Virus record (IMG/VR): IMGVR_UViG_3300046468_001139
Reading direction: 5' to 3' (one strand)
Origin: a virus
DNA: 64,000 nucleotides
The notes beneath the pieces were generated by a model. The model ran no database searches, was not told where the DNA came from, and saw only the letters and a list, made by a program, of their open reading frames with translations. Each line of letters opens with the position of its first letter. The first letter of the stretch is position 1. This document shows, piece after piece, positions 1 through 9,173 of this stretch. Position numbers and translations under genes: made by a program.

Positions 1-934
1 ATTCGTTAGTTGCAAAATGGTCTATAGCAAGTGTATCTAAGTTTAATGATACAAACTCTTTACAGCCTTCCCAACAAGTATGTGTTAATAATGTGTTACC
101 ATTCATAGTTCCGTATTTGAAACCCATCTGTCCACCCATGTCATCTGTGCTAGATGAATCATACGCAACTGATTGAACTGTATCACCGTCATATACCCAG
201 AAGTTAAATTCTGTAGTACCGTCCATAATTAATGGAGCACCAACTGCTTTAGTTCCGTTTGTGTTAACATGATAAAACGCACCGTTAGTTGGCGCCATGT
301 GTGATGTAATTTTATCTGTTCCCATATCTAATGTTAACAGGACGTTAGTTGTTCTACCATATGGAAAAAATACAACTTCGTTTAGTTCTTTTACATACAC
401 ACTATGAATAGAAGCAAACTTTTCTTCTGTTTCATGTACTGTAAATGTATTAGCAACTGTATCAAACACAATAATCATTCCACTCATAATTGGTGGATAA
501 ACAATTTTAGTACCAACTGTAATTGGTCTACCAAAGTTAAAGTGTCCACAGAACGTTTTAGGAGTTTCTGAGCCGTGTACTGTTACACCTTTTTCTTCGA
601 TCATAGTAACTTCATTAGTTGTTAAATCTATTGCCGCTACTCTAATTGTGCTATCTACTTTATCTTTTTGTGTACGCATTACGTATGCTGTATTACCTAC
701 AACTGCAATGCCACGGTATCTGTCACCGTTTTCACTTTTATCAAAGAAGTCTACAAACGTAGTCTTATCAGCATTTACTCTAAGTAAGCCTGCTCTCGCT
801 CCTGCATCTTTGTTAAAATCTCTTGATTCTTCGCCTTCGTGGCGTACTTTTCCGTTAGTGATCACTGACAAAAACTCGCCATTTCCTAAGTGGTATGGCT
901 CGTCTAATACCTGTGTAAAATATGTGTTGCTCAT
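1..934 (-). CDS. Beta-propeller-like protein with PYG-type repeats (3' end runs off the window)
   Basis: Not in the ORF track. My translation from the ATG at 934 (RBS AGGAG upstream) reads MSNTYFTQVLDEPYHLGNG...KIVYPPIMSG...VVFFPYGRTT...AVGAPL..., open to base 1. The repeat pattern resembles 7947..9173 and 9166..10293. Confidence 0.7.
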   Translation of the reverse strand, partial: MSNTYFTQVLDEPYHLGNGEFLSVITNGKVRHEGEESRDFNKDAGARAGLLRVNADKTTFVDFFDKSENGDRYRGIAVVGNTAYVMRTQKDKVDSTIRVAAIDLTTNEVTMIEEKGVTVHGSETPKTFCGHFNFGRPITVGTKIVYPPIMSGMIIVFDTVANTFTVHETEEKFASIHSVYVKELNEVVFFPYGRTTNVLLTLDMGTDKITSHMAPTNGAFYHVNTNGTKAVGAPLIMDGTTEFNFWVYDGDTVQSVAYDSSSTDDMGGQMGFKYGTMNGNTLLTHTCWEGCKEFVSLNLDTLAIDHFATNE

Positions 935-952
935 TATTATCTCCTGTTACTG

Positions 953-1681
953 TTATTTATCTGCTATATTGCAGTTTATTGATAAAAGCGATTGCATAAA
1001 TGAATCGTCAACTCTGGATAACAAATGTACTCGATCTGTGTTTCCTGGGTTCTCTGTACCATGGGGTACAAGGGTGTTAATTATGTAACCTTTGCCCAAT
1101 TCCATATGATATTTGCGTTCTCTATTTTCACCAAAAGTGAAAACTGCATCAGTATTAGTATGAAATGGAACGTGTAGTTTTCTAGTTTTTCCGTCAGTAT
1201 GTGTATTAACTTTTAGCCCTGACGGGTGTAGTGCTATCAGTATTTGTCTTAGGGCTTGTAAAGATAAAGTTTCTATCATTTTATTTAGAATACCAAACTT
1301 ATAAACTTGCATTGGTACGCAATCGTAATAGAACTTTTCTTCATCAAGGTCTTGTAATTCTGGGTACTTAGAAACATTAGCTTGTGTTTTACTTGGACAC
1401 GGAATATCTCTTTCTACAGGCCAACTAACACTCCAACCACCTACGTTTCCTACATAGTTTCCTACAGCATTTTCTTTTTGAAATCTTTCGTATATATCAG
1501 GACGTAGGTATTCTTTAGAATTAAAATTAAAACAAAGATGTTGTAAACGTGATCGTAGTTCTTTATGATAAGATTCTAAGTCATCTTTGTCAATGCTAAA
1601 ATCTAATTCAATCATATCCCATTCGAGACTATCAAACAATGTATCAACGTCTGTTATATCTTTAGGTTTTAATAATCTCAT
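953..1681 (-). CDS. 2OG-Fe(II) oxygenase, aspartyl/asparaginyl beta-hydroxylase-like
   Basis: HTD (HxD)...LHVPFHTN...INTLVPHGTENPGNTDRVHL facial-triad cupin motifs. Confidence 0.75.
   Translation of the reverse strand: MRLLKPKDITDVDTLFDSLEWDMIELDFSIDKDDLESYHKELRSRLQHLCFNFNSKEYLRPDIYERFQKENAVGNYVGNVGGWSVSWPVERDIPCPSKTQANVSKYPELQDLDEEKFYYDCVPMQVYKFGILNKMIETLSLQALRQILIALHPSGLKVNTHTDGKTRKLHVPFHTNTDAVFTFGENRERKYHMELGKGYIINTLVPHGTENPGNTDRVHLLSRVDDSFMQSLLSINCNIADK
954..960 (-). promoter_or_regulatory. Putative late promoter (A)TAAATA
   Basis: T4 late-promoter-like (TATAAATA) core about 20 nt upstream of the ATG at 934; the motif recurs before many genes in the window. Confidence 0.5.
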
Positions 1682-2229
1682 ATGTAATGTTCCGCAGGCA
1701 CTTTAAAAAATAAATGTACTCTATCAGTTTTTCCGTTATTAATAGTTCCGTGTGGGCGTGTAGTATTTATTAGATATGCTTTTCCTACAGTTAGCGAATA
1801 TGTTTTATCACCAAATACAAATTTTGCATCTGGGTTAGATAATATAGGAATATGTATTTTGAGATATCTGTCAGTATCAGTATGTTGTGCTATTTCAGTT
1901 CCCGGTGGATGTCCACTAATACTAAACTGTCTTGCTTGTGGAAACTGTTTTCTAAGTTTATTAATTACGCCATGTACTAATACAGTATCTCTATAATTGT
2001 CGCTACGTTCTTTATGTACGTTCCAAGGTGGACATGGTATTGTTAAGTCGTCTAAATTACTTTGTATACCCCAACCATATACTCCATCAGTTTTATGTTT
2101 TTCACTATCAACAGTATCAGCTACATTAGTAAACTTTAAGTGTGCATAGTTTTTTTCTAAGCCTATAAGATAACTTCTAACATCACTATAGTCTATTTTG
2201 GCTGATATTTCTTTTACATCAAAGTTCAT
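1678..2229 (-). CDS. 2OG-Fe(II) oxygenase, aspartyl/asparaginyl beta-hydroxylase-like
   Basis: PGTEIAQHTD...IHIPILSN...INTTRPHGTINNGKTDRVHL. Confidence 0.8.
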   Translation of the reverse strand: MNFDVKEISAKIDYSDVRSYLIGLEKNYAHLKFTNVADTVDSEKHKTDGVYGWGIQSNLDDLTIPCPPWNVHKERSDNYRDTVLVHGVINKLRKQFPQARQFSISGHPPGTEIAQHTDTDRYLKIHIPILSNPDAKFVFGDKTYSLTVGKAYLINTTRPHGTINNGKTDRVHLFFKVPAEHYI

Positions 2230-2647
2230 CTAGTGTGTCCCTTATAATTGTATACGCATACTTTCCGTCGTGCTTGATTCTCGTATTATTTACATAATCT
2301 GCAACGGCTTTACTACGTGATTCGCCTTTCATACAATGTATATGAATTGTTCCGCAGGCGTCTTTAAGGAAATTTGAAATATGTTGAATTTGTGTTAGTG
2401 TTGGTGCAACGGCTGTGTAATAGTCTTTAATATCTTCGCCCCAATTTGTACTGTCTTTTGAAACGTCATCAAAACATAAATTTAATACATTAGGGTGAAA
2501 CTGTTCAAAGTATGGCTCTGAGTTAGGACCGCCTGTTGAATCAATACAAATATAATAGTCGTTGGTATCTTCAACTGTTGTATCTGTAATATTTTCTTTT
2601 TGCATTTTAGATACAAAGTCTTTCTTACTATAACTTACGGCAATCAT
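2219..2647 (-). CDS. Protein-tyrosine/dual-specificity phosphatase-like protein (CX5R)
   Basis: IHIHCMKGESRS P-loop motif with an upstream FDD. Start moved to the ATG at 2647 to avoid a 140-bp overlap with the upstream gene. Confidence 0.7.
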   Translation of the reverse strand: MIAVSYSKKDFVSKMQKENITDTTVEDTNDYYICIDSTGGPNSEPYFEQFHPNVLNLCFDDVSKDSTNWGEDIKDYYTAVAPTLTQIQHISNFLKDACGTIHIHCMKGESRSKAVADYVNNTRIKHDGKYAYTIIRDTLDEL

Positions 2648-3275
2648 CTGTCCAAACCTTTCCGTATAAATGTATTCTATTTGTACTACCTTTGTTTTCC
2701 ACACTATGCGGAATAGTTGTATTAACAAGATATGCCCAACCTGGTTCCATGTGATATGTTTCGCCACCTATGATCCAATTACTATCTTCATTAGTGTGTA
2801 TAGGAATGTGTACACGAAGTTTATCTGGACTGTCTTGGTGTGTAATTAGTTTAGTGCCTGGAGTATGAATAGTTACTAACCACTTCTTACTACGCATTGG
2901 CAAATTATTTACAACGTCTAGTGCATAACCTTTAAAGCATTCTCTTGGGTTAAGTTCATCATTGTCGTTGTCTCGATACTCTGGCTTTGCACAACCTTGT
3001 TCAAATGGCTTAGGTCCTGGTTCGTTACTGTTCCAACATAGTGTATAGTATGCAGTATCGTCCATTAGACGATGTCCTGTCTTTGCTTCAGGATCACTAA
3101 TAGGAAACTGCCATACGTGTTGCTGTTCTCCTATAACAAACTTCCAATCACTATAATCTCTTTCTAAGTCAGCGTACCAACTTTGCATTGAGTATGGATT
3201 AACCTTGCATAACTTTTTAACTGCCCAACCTAAGTCTGCTTGGTCGTGCTTTTCTATATAACGCTTCATTTCCAT
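2628..3275 (-). CDS. 2OG-Fe(II) oxygenase, aspartyl/asparaginyl beta-hydroxylase-like
   Basis: PGTKLITHQD...VHIPIHTN...VNTTIPHSVENKGSTNRIHL. Confidence 0.8.
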   Translation of the reverse strand: MEMKRYIEKHDQADLGWAVKKLCKVNPYSMQSWYADLERDYSDWKFVIGEQQHVWQFPISDPEAKTGHRLMDDTAYYTLCWNSNEPGPKPFEQGCAKPEYRDNDNDELNPRECFKGYALDVVNNLPMRSKKWLVTIHTPGTKLITHQDSPDKLRVHIPIHTNEDSNWIIGGETYHMEPGWAYLVNTTIPHSVENKGSTNRIHLYGKVWTDDCRKL

Positions 3276-4744
3276 TAGGCGTACCTCGGGTGTGTTAACT
3301 GTACGTTGTCACGCACTCGTGAATTCATATCAACTGCAATATAATCATGTCCATATAGTACAAGGTCGTTTGGTATTTGTGCTTCAAACTTTAACCATTG
3401 CTGTTCTAACTCTTCTGGCTCTACATTCCAATGTAACATTTCACTTGACCATATGTTAGTAGTCCACATTACCTTAGTACCATGTACACTATTAATAACA
3501 TCAAACAGTTTAGTATTATCATATATAAGATCTACTACATGAAACTCATGTTTAAGGTCTCTGTACCTACTCCATAGTCTTTGAAATGCTAATGAGCCTC
3601 CAAAGTCTTTTAGTTCTTGCTCCCAAAACTTTTTATAGTTTCCTCTGTACGTAGAACTAAAGTTATAATCTAAATCATTTTCTATTAACCACTTGTCTAA
3701 ATCGTAACCGTCCCAAGTTTCTAATAAATGTTTCTTATAATTTAAACTTGCTTCGCACCAATCAAAGTAATGTACTGTAGTACCTTCATGAAAGCCGTTT
3801 GCATTTAATATTGCAAGTGGTTTAAATCCTGCGGCCGCACTAAACAAATGATCGATTAGTTTTCCGCCTGTCCTTACTCCTTCACTACTTAAAGTTTCTG
3901 TGTTAAACGCATATACTCTATTCTTTTCTATCTCTTCTTGGTATGCTTGTTTTCTAATCCAGGCTTTTTGACTTTGATTAGTTAATTCATCTACTATAGG
4001 GCTTTGTTTGTTGTACCATACTGCACCTAACTTATCTGAATCACTATAAGGATATAAAAATACTTTGCAGGCTCGCATGTCGTTGTCTAAATTATCAATC
4101 TGTATGTTTTTACGCATAGCAATATCAATCCAATTAGAACCATCGCTAGTTGTAGCATACTTACTTGTACCTTGCATGTTTTTAATCCACTTAGGTGTGT
4201 AATTACTATGAATAGTATCTTCACTTAGACAATAATTTTGCAACTCCGGTTTTCTGTCCCAGAAAACACCCATCTCATCAAATGCTGGCTTTCCTAGTTC
4301 AACCCATTTGCTTAAATTTACAAACAAGTATTGTCTATGTAACCCAGGGTATGCACCTTTAGTAAGATAATGTTGATTCTTTTTGTCCATGATGTGACCA
4401 ACTACAAAAAACTGCGGATTGTTTTCAGCATATTCCACACTTTGTTGCACTAAACTTGGTCCTCTAAACAATAACAGTCCTTGACATGCTACCATTGCAA
4501 ACTCTTTGTCTTTTGCTAGTGCTTCTTCAAGAATTGTTTCAACACGTTTATGAAATCCTACGTAATTACACATGCCCATCTTTAACATGCGATTGATATA
4601 AAAGTATGTCATATCAAAAGAACGTTTTTGTACTGTAGCATTTGGTATGTCGCGACTAATATCAAGAATACCTACACCAACACGGTTGTCAAGGTTGAGA
4701 TTCTCGTAGTATCTATCAGCTGTGATGCTATTCCAGTCTTTCAT
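3275..4744 (-). CDS. Hypothetical protein; C-terminal half possibly a class I SAM-dependent transferase fold
   Basis: 489-aa ORF coupled to its neighbours. FSAAAGFKP...TVHYFDWCEASLNYKK resembles SAM-binding motifs I/II (DUF3419/BtaA-like); the match is weak. Confidence 0.4.
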   Translation of the reverse strand: MKDWNSITADRYYENLNLDNRVGVGILDISRDIPNATVQKRSFDMTYFYINRMLKMGMCNYVGFHKRVETILEEALAKDKEFAMVACQGLLLFRGPSLVQQSVEYAENNPQFFVVGHIMDKKNQHYLTKGAYPGLHRQYLFVNLSKWVELGKPAFDEMGVFWDRKPELQNYCLSEDTIHSNYTPKWIKNMQGTSKYATTSDGSNWIDIAMRKNIQIDNLDNDMRACKVFLYPYSDSDKLGAVWYNKQSPIVDELTNQSQKAWIRKQAYQEEIEKNRVYAFNTETLSSEGVRTGGKLIDHLFSAAAGFKPLAILNANGFHEGTTVHYFDWCEASLNYKKHLLETWDGYDLDKWLIENDLDYNFSSTYRGNYKKFWEQELKDFGGSLAFQRLWSRYRDLKHEFHVVDLIYDNTKLFDVINSVHGTKVMWTTNIWSSEMLHWNVEPEELEQQWLKFEAQIPNDLVLYGHDYIAVDMNSRVRDNVQLTHPRYA

Positions 4745-4745
4745 G

Positions 4746-5444
4746 TTACCCCTGATTAGTATAATAGCTTTGTCTTAGTACATAAAAGAAATCTCTAATA
4801 CGTCTGCCTAGTTCATAATGTATAATCATATGTATACGAGGCGTATCACTATCGTTATATACTGCATGTACGTTTGATATGTCCATAAGGAACGCACTAC
4901 CTTGGTCTTCAAACGGAACTATACCGTGGTCTTTAAAAATAAAGTTACAATTTTCTGGATTGTTTAGACTAATATTACAAACACTCAAACGCTTTTCTTC
5001 ATCTGACCTATCTTGGTGTGGAAGAATGTATCCACCTGGTTCAAGTAACATAAATCTTACACGATTTAAAAACTCTGCAGGCCACACATCTGTTAAAAAC
5101 TTTTTAGTAACAGGACATTCGTCTGCTACCCAAGTCCAATCTAGCTGTTTAATTGATTCTTGTCTATCACCGTAAGTGTTTAAACTTTGAGTATCTTCAT
5201 TTAGTCCGTGTAGTGTTAGACTTTTCCAACCTTTGCCATATGTAGTTTCTCTGTGTAAATGAAACTTGTCTGCAAGTGCTTCAGCTTCTTTGTGCATTTC
5301 TTTCCAAGGCTGGTTATCTAATGCACTTAGCCTAAAACAAGGCCAGCCACTTTCCATTATAACCCATTTAGGGTCAAATTGCTCTGGATACTTTACAGTA
5401 ACAATGTCTTTTCTACGTTTTATGTGTTCTATATCTGCTGTCAT
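4746..5444 (-). CDS. 2OG-Fe(II) oxygenase, aspartyl/asparaginyl beta-hydroxylase-like
   Basis: GWKSLTLHG...RVRFMLLEPGGYILPHQD...HAVYNDSDTPRIHMIIH. Confidence 0.8.
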   Translation of the reverse strand: MTADIEHIKRRKDIVTVKYPEQFDPKWVIMESGWPCFRLSALDNQPWKEMHKEAEALADKFHLHRETTYGKGWKSLTLHGLNEDTQSLNTYGDRQESIKQLDWTWVADECPVTKKFLTDVWPAEFLNRVRFMLLEPGGYILPHQDRSDEEKRLSVCNISLNNPENCNFIFKDHGIVPFEDQGSAFLMDISNVHAVYNDSDTPRIHMIIHYELGRRIRDFFYVLRQSYYTNQG

Positions 5445-5472
5445 AACTCTACTATGTCATTAAACTATCTGT

Positions 5473-5478
5473 TAAATA
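5473..5478 (+). promoter_or_regulatory. Putative late promoter TAAATA, 5 nt before ATG (leaderless-type)
   Basis: gttTAAATAtacttATG; no Shine-Dalgarno sequence. Confidence 0.5.
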
Positions 5479-5483
5479 TACTT

Positions 5484-6461
5484 ATGCCTTACCTAACTGC
5501 TGATACACTAGATGCGATTGTCGTTGATTTCACAAGTCATTGTAATTCTATGTGCGGAAATTGTAGTAGAAATTTAGGTGGTGTTAAGGTAAATCCTTCA
5601 ATGCCATTAAGCCACATGACTATGGAAACATGGAAAAATATCATAGATAATGCTACTACTAATGAAATAATATTTAATGGTAATTATGGTGATGCATTAA
5701 TGAATCCTATTTTGGTTGAAGCACTTGAATATGCCGCTTCAGAAGATATACAAATTATGATTCATACTAATGGTGGTGTAGGTATGCCAGAACAATATGT
5801 TGCACTAGCAAACGTATTAAAGAAATTTAAGCAACCTAGTGGCGTTACTTGGAGTATAGACGGATTAGAAGATACTAATCATTTGTACAGACGAGGAGTT
5901 ATATGGGAACGCATTATGAATAACGCTAAAGCGTTTATACAAGCCGGTGGTAAAGCACGTTGGCGTATGCTAGTGTTTGAACATAATGCACATCAGTTAG
6001 AAGAAGTAGAACAGTTAAGCAAAGACATGGGCTTTTTAAAATTTGACATTAATGGTGGTTATACTTTTACTGCTCTTAATAGTATAGTTGACGGTGCTAT
6101 TGAAAAATTTAAAGCAAATAAAAAAGACGAAGCTCGTGTAGTTAAATATGATAGTAAACATCTTGACCAAGTTGAAAGATTAGAAAAAATTAAAGACTTT
6201 AGCGAAACTACTATAAAATGCAAATGGCAAAACAAAAGAAAAATACAAATTAACCATATAGGTGAAGTATTACCTTGTTGTTACTTACTAAGTGACCGTT
6301 GGCCTAAAGACATTAATAGTCCGTATGCTAAACAACAAAATGATATTGTATGGCCAAATGTAAACGATAGATCATTAACAGATATAATTGAAGGTGAAGA
6401 ATTATTAATGCCAAGTAAAAACAGATTTAAAATATGTGAGGTAACCTGCGGTGAGATGTAA
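5484..6461 (+). CDS. Radical SAM protein with C-terminal SPASM/twitch-like domain
   Basis: CNSMCGNC; GNYGD; C-terminal CKW...GEVLPCCY...CEVTC. Start placed at ATG 5484, because the longer ORF overlaps the divergent gene. Paralog of 14435..15433. Confidence 0.85.
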   Translation: MPYLTADTLDAIVVDFTSHCNSMCGNCSRNLGGVKVNPSMPLSHMTMETWKNIIDNATTNEIIFNGNYGDALMNPILVEALEYAASEDIQIMIHTNGGVGMPEQYVALANVLKKFKQPSGVTWSIDGLEDTNHLYRRGVIWERIMNNAKAFIQAGGKARWRMLVFEHNAHQLEEVEQLSKDMGFLKFDINGGYTFTALNSIVDGAIEKFKANKKDEARVVKYDSKHLDQVERLEKIKDFSETTIKCKWQNKRKIQINHIGEVLPCCYLLSDRWPKDINSPYAKQQNDIVWPNVNDRSLTDIIEGEELLMPSKNRFKICEVTCGEM

Positions 6462-7524
6462 ATACTTAGACAATCAAGTTTGTGTACGATCAGATGGACA
6501 ATATCGTCTATGTTGTGTTAGCCTTGAACAAACTAATAAAGAAAATATTAAAACACATACCCCACAAGAATGGCATGACAGTGACTTTCATAAAAAGACT
6601 GTTAAGGAGATGGAAGAAGGTAAATGGCCAGATGCTTGTACACGTTGTGAACAACAAGAACTACAAGGTATTGACAGTATGCGTACTAGAGTAAAACCAG
6701 ACGGTACTAGATACGTTAGAAACTTTTATGGTCCTGGACTAAGTCATCTTGATATTAGATTTGGTAATAGTTGTAATCTTAAATGTGTTAGCTGTTGGGA
6801 AATGAGCAGTAGTAGTATTGCCGAAGAAGCTATCGAAATGAAGAAGGCCGGTATTGTTCCATTACACGGAGTGCTTGAAGTTCCAAACTTTAATTGGGCA
6901 TCAGAAGAAACAATGAAAAAGTTTGATGACTTGCCTATTAGAGAAGTTTATCTAACAGGTGGCGAACCTATGATGGTTAGACACTTAGATAAGTTTTTAG
7001 AAAGACTTGATCCAAGTGTAGTAGTTAGATTTAATACTAACGGAACGTTATGGAACCCTAGAATTGAGAAACTACTAAAGAGATTTAAATTAGTAGTTAT
7101 GAGTCTTAGCTTAGATGCCGCAAGTGATAAAATTAATTACATTAGAAGCGGAAGTAAATGGGACGAAATAGAAGTTAATGCACAAAAGTATGCAGAGTTT
7201 TGTAAAGTTGACGTAACTCCAACACTTAGTATTCTTAATGCGTTATACTATGACGAGCTTAAAGAATATGCTACTAAGAATAATTTTAAAATTTACGATA
7301 ACTTATTAATTCTTCCAGAGTGGTTACATGTTAAAAATGCTCCTGATAGTTTAAAGGAACAGTTTAAAGGAATACATCCAGATGTTGACGGATGGGCAGA
7401 TCATCCCAGTGATCCTAAAATTATTGAACACTTCATAAGACAAATAACAAAGCAAGATAATTGGCGTAAGATGTACATTAAAGATTACTTGCCAGAGGTG
7501 GCAAAGGCTTATGAAATTAATTAA
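6451..7524 (+). CDS. Radical SAM protein with N-terminal SPASM-like domain
   Basis: N-terminal C...DGQYRLCC...CTRC; CNLKCVSC; TGGEP; NTNGT. Confidence 0.88.
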   Translation: MRCKYLDNQVCVRSDGQYRLCCVSLEQTNKENIKTHTPQEWHDSDFHKKTVKEMEEGKWPDACTRCEQQELQGIDSMRTRVKPDGTRYVRNFYGPGLSHLDIRFGNSCNLKCVSCWEMSSSSIAEEAIEMKKAGIVPLHGVLEVPNFNWASEETMKKFDDLPIREVYLTGGEPMMVRHLDKFLERLDPSVVVRFNTNGTLWNPRIEKLLKRFKLVVMSLSLDAASDKINYIRSGSKWDEIEVNAQKYAEFCKVDVTPTLSILNALYYDELKEYATKNNFKIYDNLLILPEWLHVKNAPDSLKEQFKGIHPDVDGWADHPSDPKIIEHFIRQITKQDNWRKMYIKDYLPEVAKAYEIN

Positions 7525-7966
7525 AGAAAATACCGAATGGGGTAGAAAAGTATTTGAGCTTGAAGACAGGTTCCGTAAAGAATGGACTGTGATTGATCGA
7601 GAAAGACTTGAAGAACATATTATTATACTTGATGAAGTTATGGAAGGCTGGGTAATTGATTGGGGCGTTGATGACGAAAAGATGTTTATTGAATATCACA
7701 AAGTTCCTGGTACACCGGCAAGTGAGTTTGCTCACACACCACAGTTTATAAAAAAGATTTACGACTTTTGTAAGTTTACTATCAATGAAACTAGTCCGTA
7801 TGCACACTACGACTGGGTACTAAGTAATATTATGATTGACGGTGATAAAATGTATATGGTAGATTGGGATAACGTTGGGTTATACAACGAAGAACAAATC
7901 ATGACTAAACTACATTCTGATTTAACAAGTGCATTTGGAGATAAATTTGACCCCGCAAGCCTTTAG
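7511..7966 (+). CDS. Small protein-kinase-like/APH-family phosphotransferase
   Basis: HYDWVLSNIM (HxDxxxxN catalytic loop) and MVDWD (DFG-equivalent). Confidence 0.6.
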   Translation: MKLIKENTEWGRKVFELEDRFRKEWTVIDRERLEEHIIILDEVMEGWVIDWGVDDEKMFIEYHKVPGTPASEFAHTPQFIKKIYDFCKFTINETSPYAHYDWVLSNIMIDGDKMYMVDWDNVGLYNEEQIMTKLHSDLTSAFGDKFDPASL

Positions 7967-9173
7967 TTACGCTACACTAGGTAGTAATGGAATGATCTAC
8001 ATTCCACCATTTGGATTAAACGAAAGCATTGACTATATGCTTAAAATGGATCCAACTACATATGATATTACAAAAATTAAACTTGATGTTGACGAGTCTA
8101 CAGAAAAGTGGCAGAATGGTATTGTTTACCGTAACTTAATTTACTTCTTACCATATAACGAAAGTAAGATCCTAGTTGTTGATACAGAAACAGATGCTAT
8201 AGAATACATTGAAGTATCTCCTAAAGGCAAAGGCAAATACATACAAGGACATATACACGGTAATGAAATTGTAGCATTACCTTACGGAGAACATGAACCG
8301 TTTAGTTGGGCTATGCATCTTAATCTAAATGACCATACACTAACGCATGTGCATATAGAAGTACCAATTGAAGATTGTAAAAAATGGCATACTACACAAA
8401 TGATAGATGGAATTATTTACGGAGTACCTCGCGGTGAAGCACCTGATCCTCCTATGTTCCATCATAGAATTCATTACGATTGTAACACTATGAAATACGA
8501 AATTATTGATATGCGTAACCATTGGTTAGACGTAGCTGATATACAATACACTAATAAAAAATTTACTACGTTAGCAAAAGTAGGACGTAAATTATATGCT
8601 CCGCCATACAGCGAAAACCCAGAGTTTGATACTTTATTACGTTTTGACGGAACACGTTGGTTTAGTGAAAACACAGGATTAAAAGAAACAAGCAGAATGT
8701 ATTATTCACATACTGTTGCACGTAATGGGAAGATTTATTTTCCACCTGCAGGACATGATGAAGACTGGAGTGAAATGCTTATCATTGACAGCAACATTGA
8801 TGCATGGTACACACAAGATTTGCATATAGGAAAAGAAAGTAAAAAATACTTTGCTGGTGTAGAAAACAGCCAAGGAAAATTATATTACATTCCTCGAGGT
8901 GGTTGTGTATGCGAACCTATAGAAACTTGGAAGAGTCAAGGAGACCTTGCAGAAATATTAGTAGTTGACACTAAAGACGATTCGTACTATACTATAGATG
9001 TAGGAGATTATTTTAAAGACTCAACTACAATAGAAAAGTATAACAACTGTTTAATACATGAAGATGTAATTTTTGCATTTCCATATGGAGAAAGTGCATC
9101 ATTTCAAACTGTATTAGTTTTTGATACAGTAAAAGAACAAGTAGTACATACTGTGGATCTAAATAATGTATAA
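7947..9173 (+). CDS. Beta-propeller-like repeat protein
   Basis: Roughly 45-55 aa repeats with IYIPPFG/IYFLPYN/VALPYG/IYGVPRG/LYAPPYS/IYFPPAG/LYYIPRG/FAFPYG. Likely TTG start at 7947 after GGAG. Confidence 0.65.
   Translation: MTPQAFSYATLGSNGMIYIPPFGLNESIDYMLKMDPTTYDITKIKLDVDESTEKWQNGIVYRNLIYFLPYNESKILVVDTETDAIEYIEVSPKGKGKYIQGHIHGNEIVALPYGEHEPFSWAMHLNLNDHTLTHVHIEVPIEDCKKWHTTQMIDGIIYGVPRGEAPDPPMFHHRIHYDCNTMKYEIIDMRNHWLDVADIQYTNKKFTTLAKVGRKLYAPPYSENPEFDTLLRFDGTRWFSENTGLKETSRMYYSHTVARNGKIYFPPAGHDEDWSEMLIIDSNIDAWYTQDLHIGKESKKYFAGVENSQGKLYYIPRGGCVCEPIETWKSQGDLAEILVVDTKDDSYYTIDVGDYFKDSTTIEKYNNCLIHEDVIFAFPYGESASFQTVLVFDTVKEQVVHTVDLNNV

Noticed and set aside
648-1088. 146-aa plus-strand ORF
   Set aside because: It is antisense to the RBS-bearing minus-strand gene <1..934 and to the 953..1681 oxygenase, and has no recognisable motif.
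2648-2767. N-terminal extension of the phosphatase ORF (likewise the extensions 5379-5483 and 14443-14457)
   Set aside because: They overlap neighbouring genes extensively, and downstream starts fit the coupling, RBS or promoter spacing better.
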